Below are positions 1-10,773 of a stretch of 64,000 bases of DNA, piece after piece. This DNA comes from Naegleria gruberi. Lineage: Eukaryota. Positions within the stretch are counted from its first letter, which is position 1; every line of letters starts with the position of its first letter. A model generated the notes under the pieces. It had not been told where the DNA came from and did no database searches. It saw only the letters and a list, made by a program, of their open reading frames with translations. The DNA is taken from assembly GCA_000004985.1 (NCBI GenBank), contig GG738847.1; one strand, given 5' to 3'. The translations under genes and the position numbers were made by a program.

Positions 1-67
1 GTAGCTCAGTCGGTAGAGCGTTGGTCTAATAAGCCATTGGTCGCCGGTTCGATCCCGTCCGTCAGCA
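1..67 (+). tRNA. tRNA-Ile (anticodon AAT), 5' end truncated by about 6 nt at the window edge
   Basis: D-arm TAGCTCAGTCGGTAGAGC at 2-19. Anticodon stem TTGGT/GCCAT with loop CTAATAA, giving anticodon AAT at 28-30. T-arm GCCGG-TTCGATC-CCGTC has one mismatch. The 3' acceptor half is CGTCAGC plus discriminator A at 67. A T-run TTTTGTTTTT at 74-83 serves as the pol III terminator. Confidence 0.7.
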
Positions 68-202
68 TGAAATTTTGTTTTTGAACTAGTTTTTCCTATT
101 TATCTATTTATAGCATCATTAGGAAGAGAACACTCAATCAAGAGGTTTCTTCTCATTGACAAACTATTTGATCAAGTTAAATTGGTTGAAGATTGTACTT
201 TC

Positions 203-952
203 ATGGAAGAGCTATTAGTGCAGAGGGATTATTACAATATTAAAGTAGGTGATTGGGATACAAATACTATGCTATTGAGTCATGATCATTTATTCACTTT
301 ATTTCTGGAAGATGGTTACAAAATTACATTTGTTTGTGAAACTGATGATTACAAAAATAACCCATACATTCCAAGGAAGGGTGAATATCCAATAATTTCA
401 ATTCAATTATCAAGCTGGAGATCTGGTTGTTTTATTCTCGATACTAATAGTGTTAATATTACAAAGCCATTAATGAGAGAAGGTATTTCACTTGTTGATT
501 CAAAAAAATATTCAATGTTTTCAGTGTTTGAAGTTAAAATATGTTATGAAGTGATTGATCACAATTTTGAGTCTGAAATCTTTTGCGATTCAATATATAT
601 TCTAGTAACAAAAAAGTATGAACAAAAGCTAGAAGCTAATCCTTATTCTATAATGTGGAAAGTTTGTAACAGAAAAGGTTTTGAATCAAATGTTAGAAAG
701 GTGAAGACCCCAAGCTCAACTTACTATCCTGAAATTAGAGGGTTAAAAAATAAGGCCTGCTTTATAGACCAGGGAAGAAAACTAAAACTGCTTACAAGTT
801 TCTATGGTTATAATTATCTAAAAGTAGAGCCTGAAGATTTATATGAATCAGATTTTTGGGACTATATCTATTTTACAAAAGTTTACCCTTCTTGGAATTT
901 TATTGATTCAGATTCCATAGCAAGACTGGAAAATTGTTTTTTGGCTACCTGA
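203..952 (+). CDS. hypothetical protein, no recognisable domain
   Basis: Long ORF 182..952 in the six-frame track. The first ATG is at 203. It ends with TGA. Composition looks coding but I find no conserved motif. Confidence 0.3.
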   Translation: MEELLVQRDYYNIKVGDWDTNTMLLSHDHLFTLFLEDGYKITFVCETDDYKNNPYIPRKGEYPIISIQLSSWRSGCFILDTNSVNITKPLMREGISLVDSKKYSMFSVFEVKICYEVIDHNFESEIFCDSIYILVTKKYEQKLEANPYSIMWKVCNRKGFESNVRKVKTPSSTYYPEIRGLKNKACFIDQGRKLKLLTSFYGYNYLKVEPEDLYESDFWDYIYFTKVYPSWNFIDSDSIARLENCFLAT

Positions 953-1025
953 AATCTGCGAAGTCAGTTTTTACCAGCTGATTATTTTTAGTCGCGAGTT
1001 TTTGATATGGTCTAGCTGGTTTTGA

Positions 1026-1045
1026 CCATCCCAGCGCTGGGATGG
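1026..1045. repeat. perfect 20-bp GC-rich palindrome CCATCCCAGCGCTGGGATGG
   Basis: Read directly from the sequence. It sits within a cluster of three CCAGCT(G/A) motifs at 974-980, 1013-1019 (inverted) and 1065-1071, plus GTCGCGAG at 991-998. The surrounding intergenic DNA is otherwise AT-rich. Confidence 0.6.
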
Positions 1046-1613
1046 TAAGCTTAAAAATTCTCCACCAGCTAGTCTTGCTATGTATTGGAGACTTTGAAGA
1101 GGACAATTTGAAACAAGTGATAACTAAAGAAATTAGGGGACGGAATTGGAAATTTGTAGGCCATGCTGAAGATAATTTCTACATTGTTTTAAACTTTACT
1201 AGAGATTTACAAAGATTAACCTTGTCAGTATGTGTTGTGAATTACGACAATATTAAAAAGATGATCAACAAGTAGAATGCCTTTTCTTCATAAACAAATT
1301 GTTGGATATGGCTATACATTGCTTTCTTTATTTCTGTTTCGTACAGCCATCATACGTTGCACAAAGATTTCATCCCATTATTAGCTGAAATGTAATTGAG
1401 TTTGGTATTTACAGCCAGAAAGACTGGAGAGACAATTATTATTATTGAAAATCACTGCACGTCTTTTAAAGTATTCTTTCTTTGGAAATGAAAAGGAAGT
1501 AAATAGTCAACTATTTAGTGTTTTTAAATATTGAAAATCCGTTAAATATTTGCTTCCCGCCAAAATTTTATCATTCAATCCGTTACACAAAACAAATCAC
1601 AACTAAAAAAAAA

Positions 1614-3713
1614 ATGTCCAGTGCAACTCCATCATACACTACTGGTCCGCAACAACAACAACAACAAGAAGACTATATTTTAGAATCCACTTCAGAGGAG
1701 ATTGAGTTGATAGAAGAAGAATGGGAATTTAATGCTCCAAAATACTTTGACTTTGATAAACTCTCTAGAAAAGCCTTTACTCATCAATCTAAGCCTCCGC
1801 ATCATCATCATCAACATGAACAAGATGAAGAATTAAATCATAGTAATGCTGATCAATGGTTCTTTACTCCTGATGCTCAACATTTAGAATTTCTCGATCC
1901 AAAATATATTGATATTAATAATCAGGCTGATACTAATAATCAACAACAAATGATGATGATGAATAATTATGATAATATTGTTGATATTAGTACCATTTCA
2001 AAATATAGTGTTCATCAAGAGTCATTGGGATCATCTACTAATCAACAACAACAATACAATGCAACTACTAATTCAACTCTAGGTACAATTAATGCATTCA
2101 ATTCTATTAGAATGACACCTGTTAAGAAAGTTAAAAGGAAAGTGTTGGCTAAATTGACCATTCCTCAAACTCCAAATTTTAAAACTGAAAAGAGAATTAG
2201 ACAACGAAATAATCAATCTAGTAATCAATCTAATAATCAATCACAACAACAATCATCTATTATGAAAGGTGGTAAAATTAATTTAACAATTGTAAAATCC
2301 TCAAGACCATCCACTGATTTGAAAACCTTAAAAGTACAAGATAGAGATGATAATATTACTAAATTTAAATCTGTTACTAAAATAGCAAATACTACAACAC
2401 CTAAACCATTCAAATTCAGAACTGATAGTAGAGTATTAGATACAGATAGAAGTACAGCAATGGTAGCAGGTGGACATTCACCATTCAATAAGAGTATACT
2501 TCAAAAGATTAATGATATGAGAAATCAAATACCATCAAGATGGAAACAAACTCCAGATATGGTTACTCCACATAAACCAATGAAGATTACAAAACCAAAT
2601 TCTTTCAAATTGAGAACTAAATTTAGAAGTCGTACTAATACTACAATGATGACACAAAATGCACAATTGACTACAGCAACATTCAAGGCTAGACCACTTA
2701 ATAGAAAGATATTTGAAAGTCATGGTGAATTAGGATTATCAAAGATTATGAAGAAGGATATTACACATCCACAAGAATTTAATTTAATGACTGAAGAGAG
2801 AAGTAAGAAGAGAAAATTTGATCAATCAAAATTAGAAGAATCGACAAATATCACTACTCAACAACCTCAACAACAATCAAGCGATTTTACAAGACCATTC
2901 AAGGCTAGAAAATTAGATAATATTCTATCTGGTAGTTATATGGTACAATCATCTAAAATTATTTCAAAATCAACAACCATTCCAGAATCCCCAAAATTAT
3001 TAACAAAATCCAGAGCAGGTAATAGGTCTATTTTATTACATAATCATCACCAACACTCTGAAACTAATACTTCCAATTCTTCACAACATTCAAATGTAAC
3101 ATTTAGAGCTAGACCATTACCTACAACTCAACCATTCATTCCCAAAATTACTCATACCATAACAGTTCCACAACCATTTTCACTTGAAACAGAAAATAGA
3201 GGAACCATTCATAAGAAACAATTAGATTCTAAATTGAATGAAAAAGATGAAAAGGAAAATACATTACGAGTATTTAAAGCTAGACCAATTCATCACTATA
3301 CAAATGTAGATACATCAAAGATTTTACACAAACCAGTTACTGTACCAGTTTCACCAAATATTACAAAAGTTAAATCATCATTTAAAGATTCAATTCTTTC
3401 CTCAGCATCTGTAGCATCGTCGTGTGTAGCATCAACCATTATTGGACCAAAATTACCACACTCTTTCAAGGCAAGACCAATGCCAGATTTTAATTCATCA
3501 ACACTCAAGAGTTCTATTACTACTACAAATAATCATAGAAATGTACCAATGGAACCATTTAATCTTGCAACTGAAAAGAGAGGACAAGTTTATCAATCAA
3601 AATTCAAAGCATCTGTTCAGTCAATAGAAAGAGTTTCAATTTCTAAAATAGATGATGGTACTTTTACAAGTGTTACTAAACGAGTTTACAATTCAATTCA
3701 AAACTTACGTTAA
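1614..3713 (+). CDS. TPX2: TPX2-like microtubule-associated protein
   Basis: The N-terminal EEEWEFNAPKYFDFDKL resembles the Aurora-A-binding motif of TPX2 (YSYDAPSDFINF). The protein carries repeated TPX2-type motifs: FKARPL, FKARKL, FRARPL, FKARPI, FKARPM, PFKFRTDSRVLDTDRS, EFNLMTEERSKKRK, PFSLETENRGT and EPFNLATEKRGQ. There are poly-Q/N tracts. The ATG at 1614 sits in an A-rich context and is in frame with ORF 1518..3713. Confidence 0.6.
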   Translation: MSSATPSYTTGPQQQQQQEDYILESTSEEIELIEEEWEFNAPKYFDFDKLSRKAFTHQSKPPHHHHQHEQDEELNHSNADQWFFTPDAQHLEFLDPKYIDINNQADTNNQQQMMMMNNYDNIVDISTISKYSVHQESLGSSTNQQQQYNATTNSTLGTINAFNSIRMTPVKKVKRKVLAKLTIPQTPNFKTEKRIRQRNNQSSNQSNNQSQQQSSIMKGGKINLTIVKSSRPSTDLKTLKVQDRDDNITKFKSVTKIANTTTPKPFKFRTDSRVLDTDRSTAMVAGGHSPFNKSILQKINDMRNQIPSRWKQTPDMVTPHKPMKITKPNSFKLRTKFRSRTNTTMMTQNAQLTTATFKARPLNRKIFESHGELGLSKIMKKDITHPQEFNLMTEERSKKRKFDQSKLEESTNITTQQPQQQSSDFTRPFKARKLDNILSGSYMVQSSKIISKSTTIPESPKLLTKSRAGNRSILLHNHHQHSETNTSNSSQHSNVTFRARPLPTTQPFIPKITHTITVPQPFSLETENRGTIHKKQLDSKLNEKDEKENTLRVFKARPIHHYTNVDTSKILHKPVTVPVSPNITKVKSSFKDSILSSASVASSCVASTIIGPKLPHSFKARPMPDFNSSTLKSSITTTNNHRNVPMEPFNLATEKRGQVYQSKFKASVQSIERVSISKIDDGTFTSVTKRVYNSIQNLR

Positions 3714-3845
3714 AATATTACAAAGATAATAACATGTATTTGGAACAGATTTTGTGTAAAATTCTGTTAACAATTATATGATAAAGATTATTAAAATATT
3801 ATTTAATTATTACTAATATTATTTATTATTGTTTAAAGTAACCAA

Positions 3846-4892
3846 TCAATCAAAACGATAACGATTTACTAGTTTCATTTGATTAATATTTAAAGCACCC
3901 TGAGTTCCAATATTATTCAAGCTAATATCAAGATTTGTTAATTGTTTCATTTCACTAACGAAAAAGGATCCCAAAGCTTGTAAATCATTTCTACTAATAT
4001 CAAGATTTGTTAACTGTTTCAATGCTAAAAGATACATAGCACCAAAAGTAATTCTATTTTTGGCAATATTAAGAATTTTTAACTGAGACAATTTACCAAT
4101 ACATTTAGCACCGTTATCTTTAATTCGATTATTTTCAATATTAAGATTTGTTAATTGTTTCAATTCACTAATATGTTCAGCTCCATCACTACCAATGTTA
4201 TTTTCACAAATATTTAATATTGTTAAATGTGGTAATTTACTAATATAGTAAGCACCTTCAGATCCAATAAAATTAGAACTAATATTAAGATTAGTTAATT
4301 GAATCATTTTACTTATACTTTCAGCACCACTAACACGAATATTGTTTTTGTAAACTCCTAAATATTGCAATTCTTTCAATTGATTAATATAATCCAATGC
4401 TTTCTCGTCAAATTTCAAATTAGAATATAAAGAAATATGTTTTAACTTTTGTAAACGAGTTAAATATTTGGCACTTTCTAAATTAATTCTATTATAATCT
4501 ATTTTAAGTAGTGTTAATTGTTTCATATTATCACAAATAAATTGTAAATTATTAATATCAATATCATTACAACGACTATTATTATTTACTATTAAAGTAG
4601 TAATATTCTGTGATAATTGCTGAGGTAGTGATTGCTGAGTTTTCTTTAAACTAAAACATGTAAATGAAAAATTTCTTATTCTTTCCATAATAATATTAAA
4701 CCATTGTTTTGAGACTAATAAACCTGTTTTCATTAAAAAGTGAAAATCACTATGAAAAGATAAAATTTCATAAACAATATCATTGTACAACTGAACTTCT
4801 TGCTTCTTATTTACTCTAGATGGAACCAACTTCTTGTTCTTTTCATTATTAAGAATAGTATACTTATTATTCATGTTTATTAAGCTGTTCAA
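3846..4892 (-). CDS. F-box-like / leucine-rich repeat protein of the ribonuclease-inhibitor LRR type
   Basis: Tandem 24-28 aa LRRs: LTNLNISSNFIGSEGA, LTILNICENNIGSDGA, LTNLNIENNRIKDNGA and LTNLDISLNNIGTQGA. The N-terminus has an F-box-like stretch IVYEILSF. Confidence 0.6.
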   Translation of the reverse strand: MNSLINMNNKYTILNNEKNKKLVPSRVNKKQEVQLYNDIVYEILSFHSDFHFLMKTGLLVSKQWFNIIMERIRNFSFTCFSLKKTQQSLPQQLSQNITTLIVNNNSRCNDIDINNLQFICDNMKQLTLLKIDYNRINLESAKYLTRLQKLKHISLYSNLKFDEKALDYINQLKELQYLGVYKNNIRVSGAESISKMIQLTNLNISSNFIGSEGAYYISKLPHLTILNICENNIGSDGAEHISELKQLTNLNIENNRIKDNGAKCIGKLSQLKILNIAKNRITFGAMYLLALKQLTNLDISRNDLQALGSFFVSEMKQLTNLDISLNNIGTQGALNINQMKLVNRYRFD

Positions 4893-5082
4893 TAACTTGT
4901 TCGGCTGTTAGAGTTTCACCTTTTTTTTAATAATAAATTTATTTTTAAAAAAGTTAGAAATATTTTAATGGATGCAATTTTGTTTGGAGGTTTGTTAAAA
5001 AGAGCAGCAGCAACATCCATGGATGGAAAATTGTATTAATTATTATATAAATTTATAATAGTATTTTTAAATATTTTACAAT

Positions 5083-6573
5083 TTAATCTAATAAATCTTG
5101 AACAGTTTCTAAAATGAAAGGTGAATCATGTTTTAAATCCATTCTCTTGGTTGGAATTTTAAATGGTAAATTTAATTTACAATATTTATCTAAATTTTCA
5201 TTATTTACTTCCTTTTCTTGTGAATTATTTTCTAAATTATTTTCTGAATTAAAATTATTTAATTTAAAAATAACTCCAAGTTCATAATTTGAAATATATA
5301 ATTGTGTTCCATTTTTTTGTAATTTACCCAAAGCAGGTTGACTCAAATTGTGACTTCCAACAAAAATATAACCATTTTTTAAATTTTCCAAATGTAGTAA
5401 TATTTTAGAGTGTGCTAAATGATTTGCCTGATTTGGTGAGTAGTGTGTCATTAAATGTTTTGGAAATGTTGAAGTTTCAAATGTTTTACTTTTTAAATGT
5501 ATCATTCCACCACATCTAAGTCCAAAATGACTTGAAGATACACTTTCCAAACTAGGAAATACTATATTAAAATTATTACAATCTTTTAAATAAAAACTTG
5601 AACTTAATTCTTTAATCCAATCTAAATTCATTGATCCAATACTTGACATTTGATAATATAATGGTGATTGTTTTAAATTTAATATTTCATTTTTAGTAAA
5701 ATTCATTCTTTCAATTGCTTTTTTAATTGCTAAATGTCCATATTTATCTTTTTCTATATTTGTATGATATCCAGGAATTGAAGGTATTAATTCACCTTTA
5801 GCATTTGAATAATCATATTTTCTCAAAAAATTACCTGGAATACCATCTGTTAATTTTGTCCAAAATTCAACAAGTGTATTTTCAAATTGATTTGTATTAT
5901 TATTAGATATATTTTCCTTTTTAGGAAAGTCTTGTATCCAAATACATTGTTTAAAAAAGCTCCAATCAAAGTCAGTTAAATTAGCAGATGAAACAACAAT
6001 TCTAATAAAATCATCAAATTCGATAATAAATAATTTAGCATGCATATTAGAATAAGCACCTAATAAAGAAGGATGACAAACACAAACAGGACATGATCCT
6101 ATTTTTAGAAATTCCTTTCCTTTTTTTTCTTCTTTTTGATTCCAATGTTTTGAAATAGTAATTGGTAATTCAAATTTAGTAAATGGAATGATTGTTTTTA
6201 AAAAATCAAAATCTAAACAATAACTTGATAAAAATAAACTTTTAGCCTTTTCAATATTTAATATTTCTTTTAGAGTAATTAAATTTCTAGAATTATTAGA
6301 ATCATTAACTAGTTTGTTAAAATAAATTTCATTTCCATTATATTTTAATGATTTACTTGATGATGAATTATTTGAAATATTGTTACTATTTGATGTGGTA
6401 TTGGTTGATTGTTTGGTTGATGATTTGGATGAAGATGTAATAGAAGAGGAATTTGATTGTTGTTGTTTTTTATCGGATGATGGTTTTGATTTTTTATAGG
6501 ATACTAATTGAATTGCTTCATCATCACTACTTTCTTCATCACTACTGATAATGTAGACTGCTGATCTTTTCAT
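5083..6573 (-). CDS. TDP1: tyrosyl-DNA phosphodiesterase 1
   Basis: Two HKN/HKD catalytic motifs: HAKLFIIEFDDFIRIVVSSANLTDFDW and GSHNLSQPALGKL. Both the spacing and the flanking sequence match the TDP1 family. Confidence 0.75.
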   Translation of the reverse strand: MKRSAVYIISSDEESSDDEAIQLVSYKKSKPSSDKKQQQSNSSSITSSSKSSTKQSTNTTSNSNNISNNSSSSKSLKYNGNEIYFNKLVNDSNNSRNLITLKEILNIEKAKSLFLSSYCLDFDFLKTIIPFTKFELPITISKHWNQKEEKKGKEFLKIGSCPVCVCHPSLLGAYSNMHAKLFIIEFDDFIRIVVSSANLTDFDWSFFKQCIWIQDFPKKENISNNNTNQFENTLVEFWTKLTDGIPGNFLRKYDYSNAKGELIPSIPGYHTNIEKDKYGHLAIKKAIERMNFTKNEILNLKQSPLYYQMSSIGSMNLDWIKELSSSFYLKDCNNFNIVFPSLESVSSSHFGLRCGGMIHLKSKTFETSTFPKHLMTHYSPNQANHLAHSKILLHLENLKNGYIFVGSHNLSQPALGKLQKNGTQLYISNYELGVIFKLNNFNSENNLENNSQEKEVNNENLDKYCKLNLPFKIPTKRMDLKHDSPFILETVQDLLD

Positions 6574-6586
6574 ATTTTTTAATTTA

Positions 6587-6597
6587 TTGGCGCCAAA
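6587..6597. promoter_or_regulatory. palindromic E2F-like site TTGGCGCCAAA, 14 bp upstream of the TDP1 ATG
   Basis: The motif is read from the sequence. It matches the TTTSSCGC E2F consensus on both strands. Confidence 0.3.
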
Positions 6598-6679
6598 CTT
6601 TTTTGAAGTTCGAGTAAAATTTCGAATTGACTTGCATAATAAAAATTTTTAAGTTTTTGAATAGTAATTTTACAAATAA

Positions 6680-9600
6680 TTATTCTTCTACTTCTGGTTC
6701 ATCTTGTTGTTCATCATATTGAGACAAATCTATTGTTAAAGTCTTTGAGGACTTGGTACTAATATCTCTCATAATACCAACCAAAGACTTGGCATCAGTG
6801 TAAAAGTTTTCTTTCAATGAAATGATAATAAATTGACACTTCAAATCAGTTAGACCATTCACAGAACGTTTGATATAATTGGCAACCTTATTAACGTTAA
6901 CATTGTCGAGAGCAGCATCAACTTCATCAAGAATGTAGAATGGAGATGGATTATATTTGTGAACAGAGAAAAGTAAAGCAAGAGCAGCAACAGTCTTTTC
7001 ACCACCACTCAATTGTGCCATATCTCTGTAACGTTTAAGAGGTGGCATGGCATTAAACTTAATTCCGTGCAAGTATGGCTCATCAGTATCTTCCAATAAC
7101 AAATAGGCTGTACCACCAGGTGTCTTGTCAGATTTTGTCAAGTCTTTGTAAATACTATCAATGGATTGAGAAATTCTATCATAAGCTTTCATGAAGGCTT
7201 CCTTTCTCTTCTTCTTGACTTCTTCAAAATCTTTCTTAATCTTAGTTGTATCTTGTCTAGTTTGCTTATATTCTTCGAGGGTATCTTTGTATTTCTTAGA
7301 AATGGCATCATATTTACCAACAATGGCTGTAGTTGGAGCTAATCTTTCAATTTCTTCTTGAAGTTCAAGCAATTTGTTTTCAAAGTCCTTTTCAATGGCT
7401 TCATATTCCTTGATATCTTTGAGATTTCTCTTTTCCTTTTCAATGCTAGAGAAATCGAGAGTGACAAATTCTTGAGAGAGGGATGATGTTTCTTCTTGTG
7501 TTTGAGAAATTGGGAAAGACTCACTGAATCTGAGTTCTCCTTGAACTTCTTCTCCTTCTGAGTATTTTCTCTTCTTTTTAGATTTACCTGCAGATTTACT
7601 TTGCTTTCTCTTCTTTCCGTCTTCTTCTTCGGATTCTTCTTCAGATTCCTCTTCAGACTCTTGAGTTGAACTTAGTTTACCCTTGATGGATGGCAATTCA
7701 ATTTCTTCTAATTTACATTTCATGAACATTTCTTGTCTCCTATTTCTGAGTTGTTCAATTTGATTTTCCTTAGCTGTGATTTGTTTAGCCAACTTGATGA
7801 GTTCATCATAAACAGATTGTAAAATCTTCTTCAATTCATTCATTTCAGTTGTCTTGTCATCTACTGAAGATTGTGACGATTTCATTTCTTCAAGTGCTTT
7901 CTTAAAGTCTTTCTCGATAGAAATTAATTCAGTTTCAAGTTTCTTGCACTTATCCTTCTTTTCACTCAAGGTCTTTTCTTCCTTTTCAACATCCTTTTCT
8001 AATCTATCGAGTGATGTTGTAATATCTCTCTTCTTGATCAATTCTAGTTGATTGGTAAGTCTTGAAATCATAGTTTCGAATCTAGATCTTTCCTTATCAG
8101 CATGTTCTTCAGCCTTCTTCTTCTTATTTTCATAATCTCTAATATTCTTAACACCAAGCTTCTTAGATAAATCAGCAAAGATACCTTCTTCAATTTCAGC
8201 AATTTCACCTTCAATCTTTTCAATTCTGCTATCAAGTGATGAAATCTTAGTGCTTAAAGTGTTAATTGTTGGTTCTTCGGCCTTGATTTCCTTTTCAATA
8301 TCTCTCAATTCAGAATCAACATCAGCAATCTTCTTCTTTGTAAAGTCGACATCAGTTCTGACAACAAGTTTACCTTCAAGTTGTTTGATTTCAATTTCAA
8401 GTCTTGACAAAGTAGCACTATCAGAGGCTTCTTCTCTTGTAAGATTTTGAACATCTGAAACAAGCTTATCTCTGTCATTCTTAAGCTTTTCAATATCACT
8501 TTCCTTAAATCTGGAAGTTCTTGTTCTGACATCAGCCAAACCACCTGTAACCATACCTGATTTGCTAATAACAGTACCATCAACGGTAACACCTTTAACT
8601 TTGAAACCTAAACCTGCATCATCATCAAAACAAATTGATGTTGCTTCATCATATGTATCACAAACGATAGTGTTGCCAAGAGCATACTTAAATATCTTAT
8701 CAACCTTATCTTCATATGTGATAACATCAGTAACAAGTTTAGCACTAGAGTTTGGAATCTTTCTCAACTTTTCATTGACCTTCTTAGCTTTGACAGAATC
8801 AATTGGAATGAAAGTACAACTTCCAAGTCTTTGTTCTTTCAAATACTTGATACATTCTAAAGCTGTCTTTTCAGTTTCACAAACAATCGAATTCAAATGT
8901 TTACCAAGTGCAACATTAACAGCAACATTGTACTTTTCACGGGTGATTGTGAATAAATCACCAACTTTACCTAGAACACCTGGGAATAAACGTTTCATAC
9001 CTTCGAGTGCTTCCTTGAATCTTAATTCTCTTTCACTGTCTCTCTTTTCAACTCTAGCTTCTTTCAACTTATCTCTAATTTGATGTAATTCGTCTTCGGA
9101 TTTTTGCTTTTTTCTAGCCTTTTCAGTAGTTGACTTGGTGAGTTCATCCTTCTTTCTATTCTTCTCATCTAATTCAGTTTCTAAAGCTTGCAAAGATTCT
9201 TCCAACTTTTCAAGTCTCTTTTGGTTGGTCTTCTTTTGATCATCAAGTTGCTTTTTTCTTTCTTCGAATTGTTCAACTTTTTGAAGTACAGTTTTTTGAG
9301 ATTCAAAGAGAGTATTCTTTTCACCAGTGAGTGTTGAAAGTTCTTGTCTCAAACTCACAGTTTCTTCACTAGCTTGAACTTTACGTTTGTTATATTCCTC
9401 AAGATCAGCACCAGAAATTTTAATTTCTTCGGAACTTTCTTCTTTTAACTTGGCTTCCATTTCATCTCTTTCTTGTTCTAGCTGCTTAATTTCATCTTCC
9501 AATTTTTCAACATCTTTAGTATGTTTGTCTAATTGATTCTTCTTTTTATCCATTGACTTGGAACGATTTTTAAGACTATTCTCCAAATGGTTAATTTCAA

Positions 9601-10576
9601 CTTTCAATGATGCCAAAGATTCTCTCTTCTTTGTGACATCATCCTTTTGTCCTTTAACTTTGCTTGTAGCCAACAGGTTTTGTTTTTTCAATTTAGCCAT
9701 TTCCTTTTTCTTTTCATTGATTTCTTCGTTGGTTGTGTCTTGCTTTGATGATAAGTGACTCTTTTCCTTGTTGAGACGGGTCAATTCAGATTTATATTTA
9801 CGAATATCCTTTTCAATATGATACAATTTCCACAAAACAAAGTTTGCTTGGAGTTCTGTATGTTCAGCTGTTGCATCATCAAATCTGTCAGCATCTTTCT
9901 TTTGATTTTTAAATTGAGTCTTTTCTGTACTAATACCCTTCTTCTTTTGGAAATTTGTAATCAACTTGTTATTTGATTGTTCATATTCTTCTTTTAGGCG
10001 ATCATATTCTTTCTTATATTCTTCAGATCCAGAAATTTGTTCAAATAATTTAGTTAATTCTTGTGGTGATTTAGAAGCAACATTTTCTACATCACCTTGA
10101 AAAACTAAAAAGTTTCTAGCCTTTGTTAAAATACCAAAGCTCTTCAATTTCTTTTCATAGTCTGCTGCTTGCACAACCTTCTTATTAATTTTATATTCTG
10201 TTTGACCTTGTGATGAAATAGTTCTTGTGAATTCTACTTCGGCTCCTTCCTCTTCTTCATCCTCTGGAGAAGTTTTAAAAACCAATTTAACATAGGCTGT
10301 TCTATTTTGTTGTGTAGCAAGACCGTCACCATTGAAAATCAATTGTTTTAAATGTGAAGAACGCAAATATGTTGCTCTGAGACCCATAACGAAACTGATG
10401 GCATCCATCAAGTTACTTTTACCACTACCATTTGGACCAATCACACAAGTAAAGTCATCAAAAGGACCAATGATTTGTCTTCCTTTGTATGATTTAAAGT
10501 TTTCTGCTTCAATTCTTACGATTTTGCCGTGATTAGTTGAATCGTTAGATTGTGATTGACTTGTTGTTTGGCTCAT
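6680..10576 (-). CDS. SMC1: structural maintenance of chromosomes protein 1 (cohesin SMC1)
   Basis: The N-terminal region IVRIEAENFKSYKGRQIIGPFDDFTCVIGPNGSGKSNLMDAISFVMG closely matches the SMC1 N-terminus and Walker A. It has long coiled coils and a hinge. The C-terminal signature is LSGGEKTVAALALLFSVHKYNPSPFYILDEVDAALD. It is a single 1298-aa ORF. Confidence 0.9.
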   Translation of the reverse strand: MSQTTSQSQSNDSTNHGKIVRIEAENFKSYKGRQIIGPFDDFTCVIGPNGSGKSNLMDAISFVMGLRATYLRSSHLKQLIFNGDGLATQQNRTAYVKLVFKTSPEDEEEEGAEVEFTRTISSQGQTEYKINKKVVQAADYEKKLKSFGILTKARNFLVFQGDVENVASKSPQELTKLFEQISGSEEYKKEYDRLKEEYEQSNNKLITNFQKKKGISTEKTQFKNQKKDADRFDDATAEHTELQANFVLWKLYHIEKDIRKYKSELTRLNKEKSHLSSKQDTTNEEINEKKKEMAKLKKQNLLATSKVKGQKDDVTKKRESLASLKVEINHLENSLKNRSKSMDKKKNQLDKHTKDVEKLEDEIKQLEQERDEMEAKLKEESSEEIKISGADLEEYNKRKVQASEETVSLRQELSTLTGEKNTLFESQKTVLQKVEQFEERKKQLDDQKKTNQKRLEKLEESLQALETELDEKNRKKDELTKSTTEKARKKQKSEDELHQIRDKLKEARVEKRDSERELRFKEALEGMKRLFPGVLGKVGDLFTITREKYNVAVNVALGKHLNSIVCETEKTALECIKYLKEQRLGSCTFIPIDSVKAKKVNEKLRKIPNSSAKLVTDVITYEDKVDKIFKYALGNTIVCDTYDEATSICFDDDAGLGFKVKGVTVDGTVISKSGMVTGGLADVRTRTSRFKESDIEKLKNDRDKLVSDVQNLTREEASDSATLSRLEIEIKQLEGKLVVRTDVDFTKKKIADVDSELRDIEKEIKAEEPTINTLSTKISSLDSRIEKIEGEIAEIEEGIFADLSKKLGVKNIRDYENKKKKAEEHADKERSRFETMISRLTNQLELIKKRDITTSLDRLEKDVEKEEKTLSEKKDKCKKLETELISIEKDFKKALEEMKSSQSSVDDKTTEMNELKKILQSVYDELIKLAKQITAKENQIEQLRNRRQEMFMKCKLEEIELPSIKGKLSSTQESEEESEEESEEEDGKKRKQSKSAGKSKKKRKYSEGEEVQGELRFSESFPISQTQEETSSLSQEFVTLDFSSIEKEKRNLKDIKEYEAIEKDFENKLLELQEEIERLAPTTAIVGKYDAISKKYKDTLEEYKQTRQDTTKIKKDFEEVKKKRKEAFMKAYDRISQSIDSIYKDLTKSDKTPGGTAYLLLEDTDEPYLHGIKFNAMPPLKRYRDMAQLSGGEKTVAALALLFSVHKYNPSPFYILDEVDAALDNVNVNKVANYIKRSVNGLTDLKCQFIIISLKENFYTDAKSLVGIMRDISTKSSKTLTIDLSQYDEQQDEPEVEE

Positions 10577-10742
10577 TGTTTAATAAATAAATTAATTGTT
10601 GTTTGTTCGTCGATCTAGTAATGTTAATTATTTAGGCTGGTGATGATGTTAAAGCCTTTTGATGAAATCGACTAATTCTTAGGGTGATACACTTTATCAG
10701 TGATCGTTTTTGAATATTTTTTTTTGTGATTATTTTTCTTCT

Positions 10743-10773
10743 TGGCGCGAAATGCTGTGAATTTGGCGGGAAA
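10743..10773. promoter_or_regulatory. pair of E2F-like sites (TTGGCGCGAAA at 10743-10753 and TTTGGCGGGAAA at 10762-10773) in the SMC1 / Sfi1-like divergent promoter
   Basis: The motifs are read from the sequence. They are GC islands in an AT-rich 370-bp bidirectional promoter. Confidence 0.4.

Noticed and set aside
1042-1275. 77-aa ORF just downstream of the palindrome
   Set aside because: It has no start context, no motif and an odd composition. It could be a real small gene, but I cannot support it.
2237-3627. Antisense and alternate-frame ORFs inside the TPX2-like gene (2237..2488, 2535..2723, 3296..3508, 3442..3627)
   Set aside because: They are shorter than the host gene, lie in poly-Q/N low-complexity sequence and carry no motifs. 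They are overlap artefacts.
7339-10532. Many small ORFs on both strands inside SMC1
   Set aside because: They are mirror-frame artefacts of a long coiled-coil gene rich in K/E/L codons.
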